From positions 180,551,741 to 180,615,740 of the forward strand of contig CM041465.1 of NCBI GenBank assembly GCA_023213395.1: 64,000 bases of DNA. The letters run 5' to 3'. Below the pieces are notes generated by a model. The model ran no database searches. It was not told the origin of the DNA and saw only the letters and a list, made by a program, of their open reading frames with translations. Positions within the stretch are counted from its first letter, which is position 1; the number at the start of each line of letters is the position of its first letter. Origin of the DNA: Cycas panzhihuaensis (taxonomy: Eukaryota; Plantae; Cycadophyta). Made by a program: the position numbers and the translations under genes. Shown here piece after piece: positions 14,160-27,900 of the stretch.

Positions 14160-14850
14160 AGAAAAAATAATGATAATATGCTAGGATAAAATCATAATTT
14201 CCATTAATAATTCACAAGGCTAAATATATATAAATATTGATCATGCACCAAATATAACATGCCAACATGAGAACTAATAATATCATTGTACTAATGTACT
14301 AATAAATGTACATTATCCTCCAATACTCCCCCATGATGCATATTTAGGATGGTAGTTAGGTTTCCTTTAAATTGGTAATGCTTGACCTTGGACACTGCCT
14401 TTATGAAAATGTCTACAACTATAATTCCCCCAACTCTACTTCAACTTGAATTAGGTGCATATTGCCCATTTTGTAAAGGTGTAAAGGTTACAATCAACCT
14501 CTTGATCACACTCTAGATTATAAGCATGACTATACTTATAACTATGATTGTGATTTAAGTACACTCTTCTCAAATTGTGTATGTATTAAAATTCTCTTTG
14601 CTTTGTAATTTTATTCATCCAATATAAGGTAGATGCTTATTCCATACTCCACTAGGTGTAATGGTGCACCGTTTTAGCTTTCGTCATTAGAATAGTGAGT
14701 TAACTTATATTGTATTATGTTATAAGGTGTTAGATTGTACTCTAGTAGCTTGAACTATGTGATCTTTATTTTATTATGTTATGGCTTACATAATACAAAT
14801 GCTAACCAAATTGCTTAGACACATGAATGATGGAGGAATAGAGGGGAATA
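14160..14850 (-). mobile_element. 3' end of a copia element (RNase H remnant, PPT, partial 3' LTR)
   Basis: Minus-strand VVDIFIK (ADIFTK-like) ~14400-14420. PPT ctccccc at 14326-14332 next to tccaata (decayed TGTTGGA start). Confidence 0.55.
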
Positions 14851-17835
14851 TATATGTAAGAGTAGATATAGATTTAGAAAATTTTATGGAATCCTTGGTA
14901 CAAAATTTAATCAATCCTTGGTACAAAATTTAATCAACCAATATATTAAGCTTTCTAAGCAAAAGACTTCGACAAATTTATAAATGAAATGATTGACTTA
15001 CATAGTCCTATTTATAGTTCTCTTATTAGCTAACAAAACCATATTGGATTCACCTTAATAGAATCACAATAAAGACACCATAGCATTGGGATAGCAAGGA
15101 CCATTAAGAGATGCATAATATGGCAAGATGCATGGTAGCTTAGATACAATGGACAATAAGCAACTACTTTAAATGGAATAGTTGAAACTACCTTATAGTC
15201 ACCATATCTTAGAATTTTAAAATTAATATTAATGACAATTATTGGCATGTAACTACCCCTAAAATAGGAGAAAAAAGGTCTAAATAATAAAATAGAGATG
15301 AGAATAGAACATAGAGGATGATTCAAAAAATAAGTTAAAACTATAAAGAGCATGGAGAATGTAGGGAATATAAAGCACTAAACTATGCCATAATAATTGG
15401 CAAGATTAATTTGACAAATAAGTTTAATTTTCTTTAAAATGTATAGGCTACTACATAGAGGAAAGAAAACAAATTACTAGTCTAATTATTATGATTCATG
15501 CTTGTGGTTCAATAATTAATTTATATGGATTTTTGGTGTAGTTTATAGATATTGGTTTTAATAGTTCAAGTTTGGTATCTATTAGCTAGTTTGTATCAAG
15601 TTTTCTATAACAAAGAAATAGGGGATTAATGGTTTAGAGTCTAGTATTTAATGATTAACTTGCATTAGACTTTATACAACCTAGCATGGTGAATCTAATA
15701 ACTAACATGTATGAGATTTTATAGTTTGATAACATGACTCTAGAGATAAATATCCAATTTGATTTTGTGTATTTTAGGTTGGCTATCTATTGACCAATTT
15801 ACATGAGATTTTTACTACTTGGTAGGATGATTCTAGAGATAATAATATAGATTGGTTGGTAAATCCTATGGAAGCAACTACCATCCTATGAAGAGATATA
15901 ATTGGATTATGTCATGTATGCATGTGCAAATCATTTCCTTAATCTCATTGGACCACTTTATAGGTGCTAAATCACAGGCTAAAGATAGGGTAAAGTAATC
16001 CCCTAAATACTATTATTATGGAGGTAAAGTCAGTCCTCCTAAAGCAAAGTAAACCCTTCTATGTTTAGCAAGAAAATTAAGTATTATGAGGTAAAGTAAG
16101 CCTTCACTAGTTATCTTTAGATGTATATGAGATAATGCATATAGGCTATGGATTTACACTCTCATTATTAATGAGTGCTATGTGGTATGAAACACATAAC
16201 CCATCAAGATGAGTAAGGAATGTGAACATATGCAAAATTATTGACATGTGGGTGGTCACAATAAGGTAGTCTATTAATATTAACCTAACAAGAAGCCATA
16301 TATGGATGGAATCTCTAATTTTATTATAATAAATGAGAAAAGTGTAATGCTATGAATATATTGTAGCAATGAATGAAAGCATTTAATAATAATAACCATT
16401 TATAGGAACATTGTAGTAGTGAATAAAAGATTACAATAGTAAACTAAAGGAACTTAGGTGGACTATGTCTTCTCTTGGCCATATTGTTATGCATTGGGAT
16501 GAGCATGTCTCACCTATATTAAAGTAGTGATTAGAAGATTGTAACAATAATAAATATAGATTTGTATTCTAATGAGGTAGTCCTTTATAAATAAGATAGG
16601 TTTAGGAGTTAAGTGAAGAGTGAAACACCAATACCCTCATGTTCATATCATGTGCTCAACTCAAGGGTACTTTCTTCATAGGATTGTTATGGCTGGGTGG
16701 TGAAATTATTGGTAGCAATTTGGTTGCCCCTAACATGGACACCCCCTCCCCCCCCATACACACTCCACCAACCCCCTTTATAAAAGAAATCTAGCTATAA
16801 GTAAATGAACACCCTTGCCACTTGAATTTGTTAATACCATAGGTAAAAGTTTTTGTAGTGCATGTCTTTAGTTTTTACAAATTCAAGTCTTCAATCTTTA
16901 GGATAGATTTAATGCTAGCCTTAATTAAGAACTCAGGTTGGGGTATTGCAATTGATATTAGAGTAGTTAGGCTTGAAAGCTGATATAATTTATTAAAGCC
17001 ACCATATTTGAAGTTATATACCAATAAAAAAAATGGCAAAGAGCATCTATATTAGAAGGTTATAAATTTTTTTACTAGAGGTTGCTTGTAAGCAGATAAA
17101 GAGCTTGTAAAAATCTTACAAGAGTTGGCTTAAAGTTGGTTAGGAACATCATAGAGTTATTTAAAACTAATGAATAACTTTTCAAAGTTATTTAAAGTTG
17201 GTTAAGGACTTTATAGAGTTGATTTGAAGCTTACCTTAAAGCTTACAGGTTAAAAACTTGCATGAATCGTTTTTTTTAATAGTAAGTTGAATATTTATAG
17301 AGATTTTTCAAAGTGCAATTGAAGCTTTGAAATAATAAAGCAACAAGTTTAGAAGCTTACTAAGAGAATAGATTCATTAAGATTGTATCATTGATGAATT
17401 GCTACTAAACTTGTATATGTTTCTCTATTCATAGAATTACTGATAGGGTAAACTATAGTACAATATTGACAATTTACTACCATGTTTTCACATGTTACAA
17501 TATTGGTATATTGCTACTAAGGTTTTGAAGCTTGTGATATTAATATTTGGTTACCAAAATTTTATAAATTATAATGCTAAAATATTACTACTAAAGATTT
17601 ACAAGATGCAACTTTGATAGAGATGCAATAGTGATAAGCTACTATTGAAATTTCATAAAACACTTAGTAGGTTGTCAAACTAAAGTGTAGACACAGATTA
17701 CAAACCATTTAGTTAGGGAAAGAATAGATAGAATAAGGGGTGATATGTCAATACCTCAAGAGGACCAAGAAGATCCAAATCTTGAATACATGGAAATAGA
17801 GGTAAGATTTTCAAATAAATCTAAAACTAAAATGC

Positions 17836-18392
17836 ATATGTTACATTAGTGAATGCTCATATAAATATTAATTGTATAGAGAATTTGAAGGCTCTTAAAG
17901 AAGATGTATATTCCAAAGTCATTTATCTCAATTGGGTACTACTCAAAACCCTTATGCTTATTAATAATAAGTATAGTTTATTAAATGAGATAGGATATGC
18001 TTTCTTAGAGTTAAAAAGAATGGGATCTTTATCAGACATAATTGCTTTCAATGCTATGATTGGTATCTATGGGAAATATGGCCTAGTTGATCAAGCCCAT
18101 GGTATATTAACCCTTATGAAGAAAAAGCAAGTTGAATCTAGATTAAGTACGTATAATTACTTAATGAACTTAAATGGTAGAGAAGGCAGTTGATGGAAAT
18201 GTAGAGAAGTAGCTAGAGGAATGCAAAAGGTTATAGGGAAGCTAGATATTATGTTTTACAACATTGTCAACAATGCATACTATGAGTAGGGCTTAAAGTA
18301 GTAAGTTTCCAAGATATTCTCTAAAATACTAAAGAAAACCATAGTTCTTGCATTACCACTTATAATGTATTTATTGTAGGTTATTCAAACAA
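17836..18392 (+). pseudogene. P-class PPR gene fragment, PPR10 (At2g18940)/At5g02860-like C-terminal region, left part
   Basis: WVLLKTLMLINNKYSLLNEIGYAFLELKRMG..DIIAFNAMIGIYGKYGLVDQAHGILTLMK...TYNYLMNLNGREGS*WKC shows 35-aa PPR periodicity and resembles my recollection of these proteins. In-frame stops follow 18193. Confidence 0.82.
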
Positions 18393-19344
18393 TAGTGAGC
18401 CTAATTAATACATAATTAGGCATTAATAAATAATAATAAAGGGTGATTTTTATTAATAATAAGTCACATCCCTTCATATGATTAGTATAAATATGAACCC
18501 ATTGTAACATTAAATCATTAATTCAATAATATATAAAACATATATGTAGATATTTTGGATCTTTTGACCATAATTTCAACTAGTTTATAAGCATGATTGA
18601 CATGGGTCCCCTCAAGTAGTATCAAAGCCACGATCTTTCCATCATGAAAAAAATTGAAAAAAAAAAATAAAATTCTATAATCACATCTATAAAAACATTA
18701 CTGTAGTAGTGCCCATTAATGTGAATTGTATGCCTGTACCCCTACATGATAGTCATATAATTGTATATATCATTACATATTTCCATATTCCTTTAAGGCA
18801 TATCATTGCTACATATCTATTTAAAGTGTAATTCATCACATTAAATTATATTCACTGTTTGTTGTTATATATAATTTATTGTTGCATAACTTACATATCT
18901 GGCTAATATTGGCAATGTTAAGGTGTAAATATATTCTCTATTGTCTACTACCATTGCATTATCTATGAAAGTCATCACTACATCATCCATTTAAAAGATA
19001 CATATATAGTAAACTATTTTCTATCATTTGTTATTGCTACATTATTTGTGCAAGTCATCACTACATTAGTTTTTATTATTAGTGTTGTAATCCCACTTGC
19101 CCTATTGCATTTAACCTATTGTGGTCATTGTAAAAACTATCACCCTACCACATCAAACCCATTGCCACTATAAAATTGATCACCTTGCTACATTAAATCC
19201 ATCATCATCATTGCTAACATATCACTTCCATCCCTGCTTATACCTTTGCACTACTCATCATGTGTGCCTCTACCATATTTATAGTGCCTATGCCCTATTA
19301 TATTAATTAAGATTATACCATATAGTATACTATACTTTATTAAG

Positions 19345-19459
<115 letters not shown>

Positions 19460-19859
19460 CATCATATTAAGTATATTATATTAAGATATTTATATTATTT
19501 TCTTTTGCATGTCTTTACATTTTAGTGGAATTTTTTCATTCACATTGAGTTAATTCACTTGTATTATTCTCATGTCTATTAGTTATTGGTTATATCATTT
19601 CTTGATTTTACATCATTTTTCTCTTATTCATATTCTCAGGTTTACTCTTACCTTTGGTCCTACCTTGATGTAAATATATAATTAGGCCTTATTACACCTA
19701 ACTTTAGCTCGTAAAATATCATCTTAAACAATATTTTATATTCATCCTTACTAATATTGGTATTCCATTTTATTTCCTCTTACTGATATTTAGCATATAA
19801 ATAATGTTTAGAATACATATCGTCAAAATGACAATAAAATTAATTTCAAACTGTTAGCA

Positions 19860-20240
19860 TGAAATGTCTTATATCAAAATACTTAAAAGAATGGGATCGT
19901 TCAAATCCAACACGTAAACGAGATATGTCAAAAATCAAATATATCAAATTACATTTGCTATGTTCACTAGATTGAAAGATTAAGATTTTTTCTGGCATTT
20001 TATAGTTTTATGAGTTAATCAAATATGTTATCAAATGGTTGCAAGAGTTAGAGAATTTTTTCATGCATCAAAATATTAAAAATAATGAAGAAAAAATATA
20101 TATATATACATAGGGTTGTATATGTATGAAATGATATTTAATTAGCAATGAAAATGGTCATAGGAGTAATAAGATTAGAATCACAAAGCTATAACTTGGG
20201 AACTATTTTCAATAGCATTTAAGAATTATTTTAAAGAAGA
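19860..20240 (+). pseudogene. Degenerate gag-like remnant of element A
   Basis: KIFSG...VIKWLQELENFFMHQNIKNNEEKI...ITWELFSIAFKNYF fits the Ty3/gypsy gag capsid pattern. Confidence 0.55.
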
Positions 20241-21842
20241 TGACACCATTGTTATTAAGGTACAAACTTTAGATGCATAACTTAGTACTGAAGGAATCTC
20301 TAAAGAAATGTTAGTGATATTAAAAGTAGATAAAGAAAGTAAAGGACCTCCTCACTAAGTTCCATTTAAATATTAACCAAAGTTACATTCATATTTGAAA
20401 TAGTAAGCTTTAATGAACCATTATTGTTGGCAATAATAAAAAAAGAAAAAAATAATTTAGGGAAAACTAGGAGTTAACAGATATTTAATAGGATGCACAT
20501 AAAAAAATATCAGTAAATGTTATAAATAACTAAGAATATGGTCTTAAATTATAAAAGATTGCACAAAAGAAAAGTAATCAAATACCTATAATAATAGGAC
20601 ATTAGCTCATAAATACATAGATAAAAGAATAAAATGACGATGGAAACAAACCCATCATTAAAAATTAGATAGCTCGTAAAATAGCCACTACATCTCCTAT
20701 ATCCACTAAGCATCCATATTAGAGATAATTTAGAAATAGGTATCAATCTAATCAAACAATTTCATGCACAAATATGGACCATAATTGGAAAGTCAAAAAA
20801 AAAAAAAAACCTCACATGTAGATAAAGATAATAATTAAAGAATTTGAAAGTAATTTATCCCCATTTCTAGTCTTACTTTCCACATCATTTTTAAGGTTGC
20901 TACTAAAGATGCCAATAGTAAATAGGAACCTCATGAAAGAATATCTTGCCAAATCCTTCCATCATAAAATAAACAACCTGGTGAAGAATTAATTCCTAAC
21001 ACTAACAAAAATAAGTATGGTATGTTGATCAATGATAGAAAATCAAGATTAACAACTAATGACGATAAACTTGAAGAATCAACCAAAGATAGTAATATAA
21101 ACATGAAGTCAAATGAAAAAGATCTTATAATAATATCAATTTAGTATCATCCAATTACTATCACTTGTCCTAGAACTATCATTAGTACTCTTTTTTTTCC
21201 CTATAAAAGTTGAAGAAATTATGTTCAATATCTCTACAACTCAAATTCAAAATATGATAGAAAATTGACAAAAAATTTAGAATTTCATGATACCTAATTA
21301 TAATTTTGAGTGAAAGATTTCTTGAGATGTCTTGCTAGAAGTTCACCTAATGGACGAATATACTATGCCATTATGACAAAGTCAAAAATCATATCAAACC
21401 CAAAGGCAATGGTCTATAATGCCATGGTTCAATAAAAGATTAACTATAATCTAGGATAAGAATCTTTTGGATCACATATTCAATATTTGTTTTACAACTT
21501 AAATCAAACATGAATTTCATAAATTTATATAATATTATACTTCTCAAATGAAGTCTATTCCATTTCAGTAGCCTTTAAGGATGAACCCTTCCAAGAGGGG
21601 AGAGCTTATGGTGAGCCTAAGTAATATATAATTAGACACTAATGAATAATAATAAAAGGTGCCATCTATTAATGATTAATATAAATATAAACCCATTGTA
21701 ACATTTACTTATTTATTTATTTATTTTGATATGGTAAAATAATGAAGGGGTTTAAAAAGGGCCCCAATCCTATTACAAATCTATCTTCTGGTAATCAAAT
21801 TTACCATGAAAAAAGCCTATGGCCTAACTATCCTCTTCCCTC

Positions 21843-24800
21843 TATTTTTCGGCTATTGGGAATGGGCATGGACATGTTGACTCAGGTAAGTGCAAGTACG
21901 CTTCGATCCCTTGTCTGGGTCACTTCTTAAGAAAGGTAAGTTGAAGCATCTATGTTATGTTGCATGACTGATAGATTCATTTGAGTGATCATCTTGCATC
22001 TGCTACTTAATCATACCATATGTCATCGTTCTAGCCTATGACGATCCAGGGATATTAATCCTAATGGAACTCCACAACCCTCCTTTATGTCTCCACAATG
22101 TCCCAAGTACCTTTGGGCCTCCGTAGCCTAGCCTCATCACCTGTTGGTGTATTACAACCCCTGACACCTCGTGCAGGCTTGGTTGGCACCTTCCAACTAT
22201 TTATCGACTTTTCTTAGAATATTTAGCCTTCAATACCTATTTGTTTAAGGTTTTCCTTAGCCCCATAGCCCTTTCCTTCCATTTAGACAAATAGCCATGC
22301 CTCTTAGGCCAATGTGCCCTCTCTTTTGGGCTCCTAACCCTCTCTTTTTTTTTACTTTTGTCTATTTTATGTTGCACCGTGATAATGATTGTGGTATCAC
22401 TGCAAACTTTATGGTACTGCAAAGTTTATTGTAGTGTGACTATCACAAATCAATTTTTAAAATTTACCATGGTAAATTCCATATTTATTATGAAATTACC
22501 ATGTGGATTAGGTGTATTCCTGGCCCCAACCAAACCCTAATCACTCGATTAGGGCTAGGGTTAGGTATAAAAACCAAAAACAACATCATTTCCTCCTCTT
22601 CTAACTCTCTTTCACTCAACTCTCCTAGCACTTCTTCAGAAAAATGCCCTGCAACAAGGATAAAGCCTGCTACATCAGTGTTCTAGCCTGGCATTAGTCT
22701 CTTGCAACTCCAGATACACTGTTGCAGGCCTACAACATGGCCAACAAAGAGAAGGATGTGCTCCAAGTACTTCACCAAGTCCAGATCCACTTTCTTCACT
22801 CCAACTTCCTTCCAACTTGTTGCTTTTCGTGGTTTCTCTTATAAACCCTGTAGGGTGGGTCTCTTTCCTCTATTTTTTTGGTAGATCTGCTATTGATCTA
22901 CCCATACTAGGTACTCCTGAGCCAATATTTTATCTTTCTTTTGCTTTAAGCAATACAAACATCATTTGTTAGCACTCTTACATTATTTTTTCCTTCAGTT
23001 TTCACCATAAGCAGGAGGCAAACGTTCCCCACCTTACTCATCTTTCTCTTTCCCTCTCGATTCTTCTCTGGTTGCTGTAAGGGGGTAGTGAAGAAGAGAT
23101 TTTCTATGAAGAGTGAAATGAGTAAAGGCAGGGTTTTACACCCAATAGGGCTTTTCCTCAAGGGCATCCCCCTTCTCTCCTCATCTGTTCTTGCTCCATG
23201 CCTTCCTTGAGCTCCCAAAAGGCCATTGGAAAGAAGACCATTGCTAGTAGTAGCGTAGGCAACCATTTGTTATTCTCACAACCAACTTTGTAGGTCCTAC
23301 ATGAGGGAATTCTAGCCCTCCATCCCATAGTTTCTTATACCTTTGGCCTAACCATACCAAGGTTGTAATAGTTATAGATTACAACTTTTGCAACATTGAT
23401 AGCATTGGTAATATTTTCCCTTGCTTTCTCACTTGCATCTCAAGGGTTTATTGTCCTCACTTTGTCTCATCTTTCTTGGTACTTGGATAATATGGAGCAC
23501 ACCTGATTAGGAGGGTTAGCCATTCTGAGGCTATCCATCCTCTTTCTCTCTTTGCCCCCCTTTTTCCCATGATTGTTTACTAAAGGGTGTAAAAGGAACA
23601 AGGAGTAATGTTGTAGTAAATAACATTTCTTTTGGCTGAGAATTATGAATTTTATTATTTGTTATATTGTGTATCTATCCTACATGTACTTAGTACCCCT
23701 TGGGAAAGGGTGAACTTGGTTTGATTTACAGGTCACCTTGTTGTGCATAGAGAATGAAGGGAAATCTACTAGGTACATCTCCGTCCCTCTAACCAGTACT
23801 TCTTTTGCTCTCCAAATTATAAGTTAAAGTTGTAATAGTTTTTGCATTTTCTTTCACTTCTTTCCTTACCATTTCCTTTCCTTTTGACTTGGGGAAGGTA
23901 AGGGAGCCCCTCCTTTCTTTGCTGGCACCATCTTGTGCTGTCTATGGTTAGAGAAGGTCAAGGGTAACAAGTATAACAAGGACAATGCCACTTCAGCTGT
24001 TATATTCTAGGTATGCCTTGAGCTTTCCTTGTTTCCTTTTTCTCTCTCTCTTCTCCCCCCTTCATCCATACATTATTCGAAAAAAGGAAAAGACAAAGAA
24101 CTAGTTTTGGTCATCCACTATCAACTAGTTTGCTTGCTTTTGTAGGAAAGTGCATGTAGTAAGAATCTCTCATATTCACATGCTTATCTTATTGCATTGC
24201 TTAGCAAGTTTACATCTTTTGCATTCATTTACATCATGTAGTTGTCATTTATACCCTTCCTTTCTTTTCCTGCTTTTGCATTCAAAAGGCAAAGAGAGAG
24301 AGGATATCTATGTGAGTAAATGAGAGTGAGATTTACATTATTTTATTACCTTGAAAAGTTACTCTTGCTTTATATATGAGATCACACCATTGCATACACC
24401 ACACCAGTTAGCAACCAACCAACGTAAACATTAAGATGCCTCTTATTTGATCTCTATTCCTAAGATCTTCTTAGGTTTAACATTTTGGGGATACTCCCTT
24501 CTTTTAGAGTTGCTCTCTTAGTTGCCTCCACTCGGTTTGATCAAACCATTTAGGCATCGTGATTTTAGGTTGGTACCCAACCTATGAGGTTAGTCCCTTT
24601 CCTAATCTACTACGTGTGTGTGCTACCCACCTTCTCTACTAGAGTCATCCCCTTTGCACTCCCTCTTTATGTGAGGAGCCATTTCCTCACTCACCCTTGC
24701 CTCCCTCCTTTGGCCATCCAAAGGCGAGAGGACCTACCTTTTGAGGTTACTCAGGAAAACAAGGATATCCCTCATACTTTCCACCCTTCAAACCAAAGCT

Positions 24801-24977
24801 GAGTTATCTAGAAGGGGGTTGAGCATCATTTGTGGGTCTCGAACCTAAGTTCTGATACACAGATGCCTTTTATGGGTGATCTCTTTCACTTGCTAAATTG
24901 ATCCTAGATTCTAAAACCCTTCATTGATTGATCTAATCTTAACCAAGTATGATTACCATCCTATAGGTGCGATTCCA
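21843..24977 (+). repeat. 5' LTR of E2
   Basis: Aligns end to end with 33831-36966 (about 11% mismatches in one ~195-nt sample). Starts TA (from TG) and ends gattcca. Confidence 0.93.
22532..22572 (+). promoter_or_regulatory. Putative LTR promoter: telo-box, hairpin and TATA box
   Basis: aaaccctaa (22532-22540), inverted repeat ccctaatc-actc-gattaggg, then tataaaa at 22566-22572. The TATA is retained in the 3' LTR (~34553). Confidence 0.5.
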
Positions 24978-24999
24978 TTGGTAACCATACTAGGGACCC

Positions 25000-27900
25000 G
25001 CTAGTAAAGGATCAACCCTTTCTTGTTGGTGCTACCCTTTCTTGGTAGCTCTCTTTGGTTTGTTGGGTAGCCCCCAACACCTCGACTACTTTATTCCTTG
25101 CTCCTTCTTCTGACTGACATGCAGGTCTTACATGTGATAATTCTCACGTTGCCTATGAGGCTTACCCTCGTTGTTAGAAGATCCCTCAGACCACTCCCTT
25201 CCTTCGTCAGATTCTTATTTAACTATGGAAGGATTTCCCTTAGATTGGACATATCATGCCTACGTATCCAAGTCACATGAGCCTTTAACTTTGTTTCAAG
25301 GTTCTACCCAAGAGGGTAAGGACCCTATCTTTTATCTGGGTAACCAACAACACCCATATGTCCATCACCTATATTCTCATGAAGTAGGGGTCTCATTCCC
25401 TCTCAAGTTCTACCATCAGGGTGGTGACTCCTATAAGGATTGTTCCGTGGGGTCATCTTTATTTAAGGTTCTATCTACCTCTTATGATCAGGCAAATACC
25501 CCTCCTGTCGATGTAGTTGAAGCCCTTAACCAATGCTTCCAAGTTGCTCATCTTTAACCATACCCTAAATAGTTCAAGAGAATCTTGCGAAGCGTTGCAC
25601 CTCCTTTGTCTACATCTTCCATACCTTGCCTATCTCATTCAACTCCTCTACCTATGACAAGTTTGCCTTTTGTCTCATCCATTCCTTTGCATCCATCCTT
25701 TTCAACTCTGCTGTCCACCATAGGGATGTCCATTACATCATCCTTCTTCTTTTGTGGTCCAAGCTCTTCAGGGATCACTCAAGGCATATATTTTTCCCAC
25801 CTTGGGATGAGTATGCCTCACCCAAGTCAAACCACAATACCCTGACCTACTATTAGACATCCACCTCTAGTTAGACTTAGGAGACCCATGTACGTCCCTA
25901 CTTCTAGCCATATGGGGCCTGCCCCCATACATTCTCAAGTCTAGTCTACTAGATCTTCACTTTATATACCTCTAGGCTATATCTCTTAACTGAGGGAGAA
26001 TGACAATGGAAACTCCCTTCCTGCTTATAGGGTAGACCTTTTACACCCATATGGGATCAAACCACCCACGGGTGGCCCATATAGGCAAAACCTAGTTTTG
26101 CACCCCTCTTTTCCATCATCCTATGTCACATCTCATGGTGTGTCATTGTAAGGAAGGAAAGCCCCCTCTTAAGGCACCTTCTCTCAAGTTACTTTCTAAT
26201 ATGTGGTGTTTCCTCAAGGGGGGATAGGTCCTCCACCCCCATCTGCTCCTATGTATATTCCTTTGAAAGCGGGACTAGTGTCTTCTCACCAAACGGGAGG
26301 AGGCCAACATCCCCTTTCAAACCAAAATCCTCAAGGAGGGTTTAGGTAACCTTGGCCACCTCTTCCTCTATCTCTCATCAATCATATGGTCTAGTCAAGG
26401 GCATGCCCTTTTATGGATTATAGATCAACACCCCTATCTATCAATATGCTAAGAACCAACTTACCGCCTCACCCTCTTGAGGTTCCTAAATTTGATAGAA
26501 CCTCATCACAAGACCCAACAGAGCATGTCCATAGCTTTTCTATGGCATGTATCGATTACTAGGTCTATGACCATATCCTTATAAAACTTTTCCCACAATC
26601 CCTCCAAGGCAATACCCTTAAGTGGTTTTATCACCTACCAACACATTCATTTTTTCATTCCAACAACTTGTGGATAAATTCATCAACTATTTTAGCGTAG
26701 CTCGTCTATTTGAGAGTGGAATGAAAGCTCTCTTGTCTCTCAAACAAGGCTACGATGAGATGAATCATGACTTTATGAGATGATTCCATGACCTTCTTCA
26801 CTCTACAAAGGCAACTTTGCCTAAGGAGTTGAAGAGGGACCTCTTTATTAATGCCTTGCGTCCCAAAGTCCATGTCGAAGTCCCTAAATGGAGGTGACAA
26901 TGTGTGATTCTGCCATAGCTAAGTGCTTGGTGCTTGAGGCAATTGAGATACAAGCCAGACTCAAGAAGCCTCTCAAGCCCTCACAACGACGTGAGATGCC
27001 TCTACCACCTTGAGAGACTAAAGTCCAATAGCCTACCAGGTGTTCTTCTCATCTGATGAAAAAGACCTTGGATCCTCTCACTTCTGCTATATGTTCATTT
27101 GAATGTACCATGAAGGAGCTTAAACTCCAAGCCCGTTCATCCCCTACCTCACATAAACTAGTTCACCAGGCTTCTCAAGCCTCTCCCCCCAAGGGTGGTA
27201 GCACCTATTCTTCTCAAGCGAGGAAGCCCAATTCCTCTCAGGAGAAGAAATTATGCTCCATCCATAGGAAATGTTTCCATGAACATTCACAATAACGGGC
27301 TCAACAGCCTAAGGCTACCCCACAATGTGATTCTTCCCCTAAATAGGCATTGAGGCCCAACTTAGACCAGCTAGTCCATAAGGATCCTTTCTCCAATCAT
27401 GGGGAGCATGATCGCAACACCAACTAAAAGGTAACCTAAACAGGGGAAGATCCCCAAACCCTTGCCCTTCATAAGATAAAGGGAAGGGTGCAAAGAACTC
27501 ATCCTCTTCCTCTAGTTCTCCTAAACATCACACTCCCTCACCTTTTTGATCCCAGAATAAGGGAAAGAAGGTCATCTAGATGCTTGAGACCACACTATTG
27601 TACACCGTAACCCAAACTCAAGAAGCCAAAGAGGCAAACAACACCTCTTCTTCAATACCTCACCCTGATCCTCTTTTGGAAATCCCTCTTTCGAAAGTCT
27701 CTACACTCCCTAAGACCATTTCTATGTGCCCTGGTCACTATGACTTTCGAAAAGTTCTTCCCCAACTGGTCGCGAAGGGGAAGCCCTTCTATATTGTCGA
27801 TGAGCTCCACACCGTGGCCATAGGGATATCCATAATGGATGTCTTGAGGAGTTGTCCCAAATAACATACTCTTCTTCTCGAAGATCTTGGCCAACAAGAT

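Noticed and set aside
15030-15353. Hydrophobic ORFs in AT-rich DNA (also 20549-20755, 62355-62663)
   Set aside because: Composition-driven, with no motifs or gene structure.
22946-23266. 106-aa antisense ORF open in both E2 LTRs (also 34933-35253)
   Set aside because: No recognisable domain, many amino-acid differences, and the duplication is explained by LTR identity.
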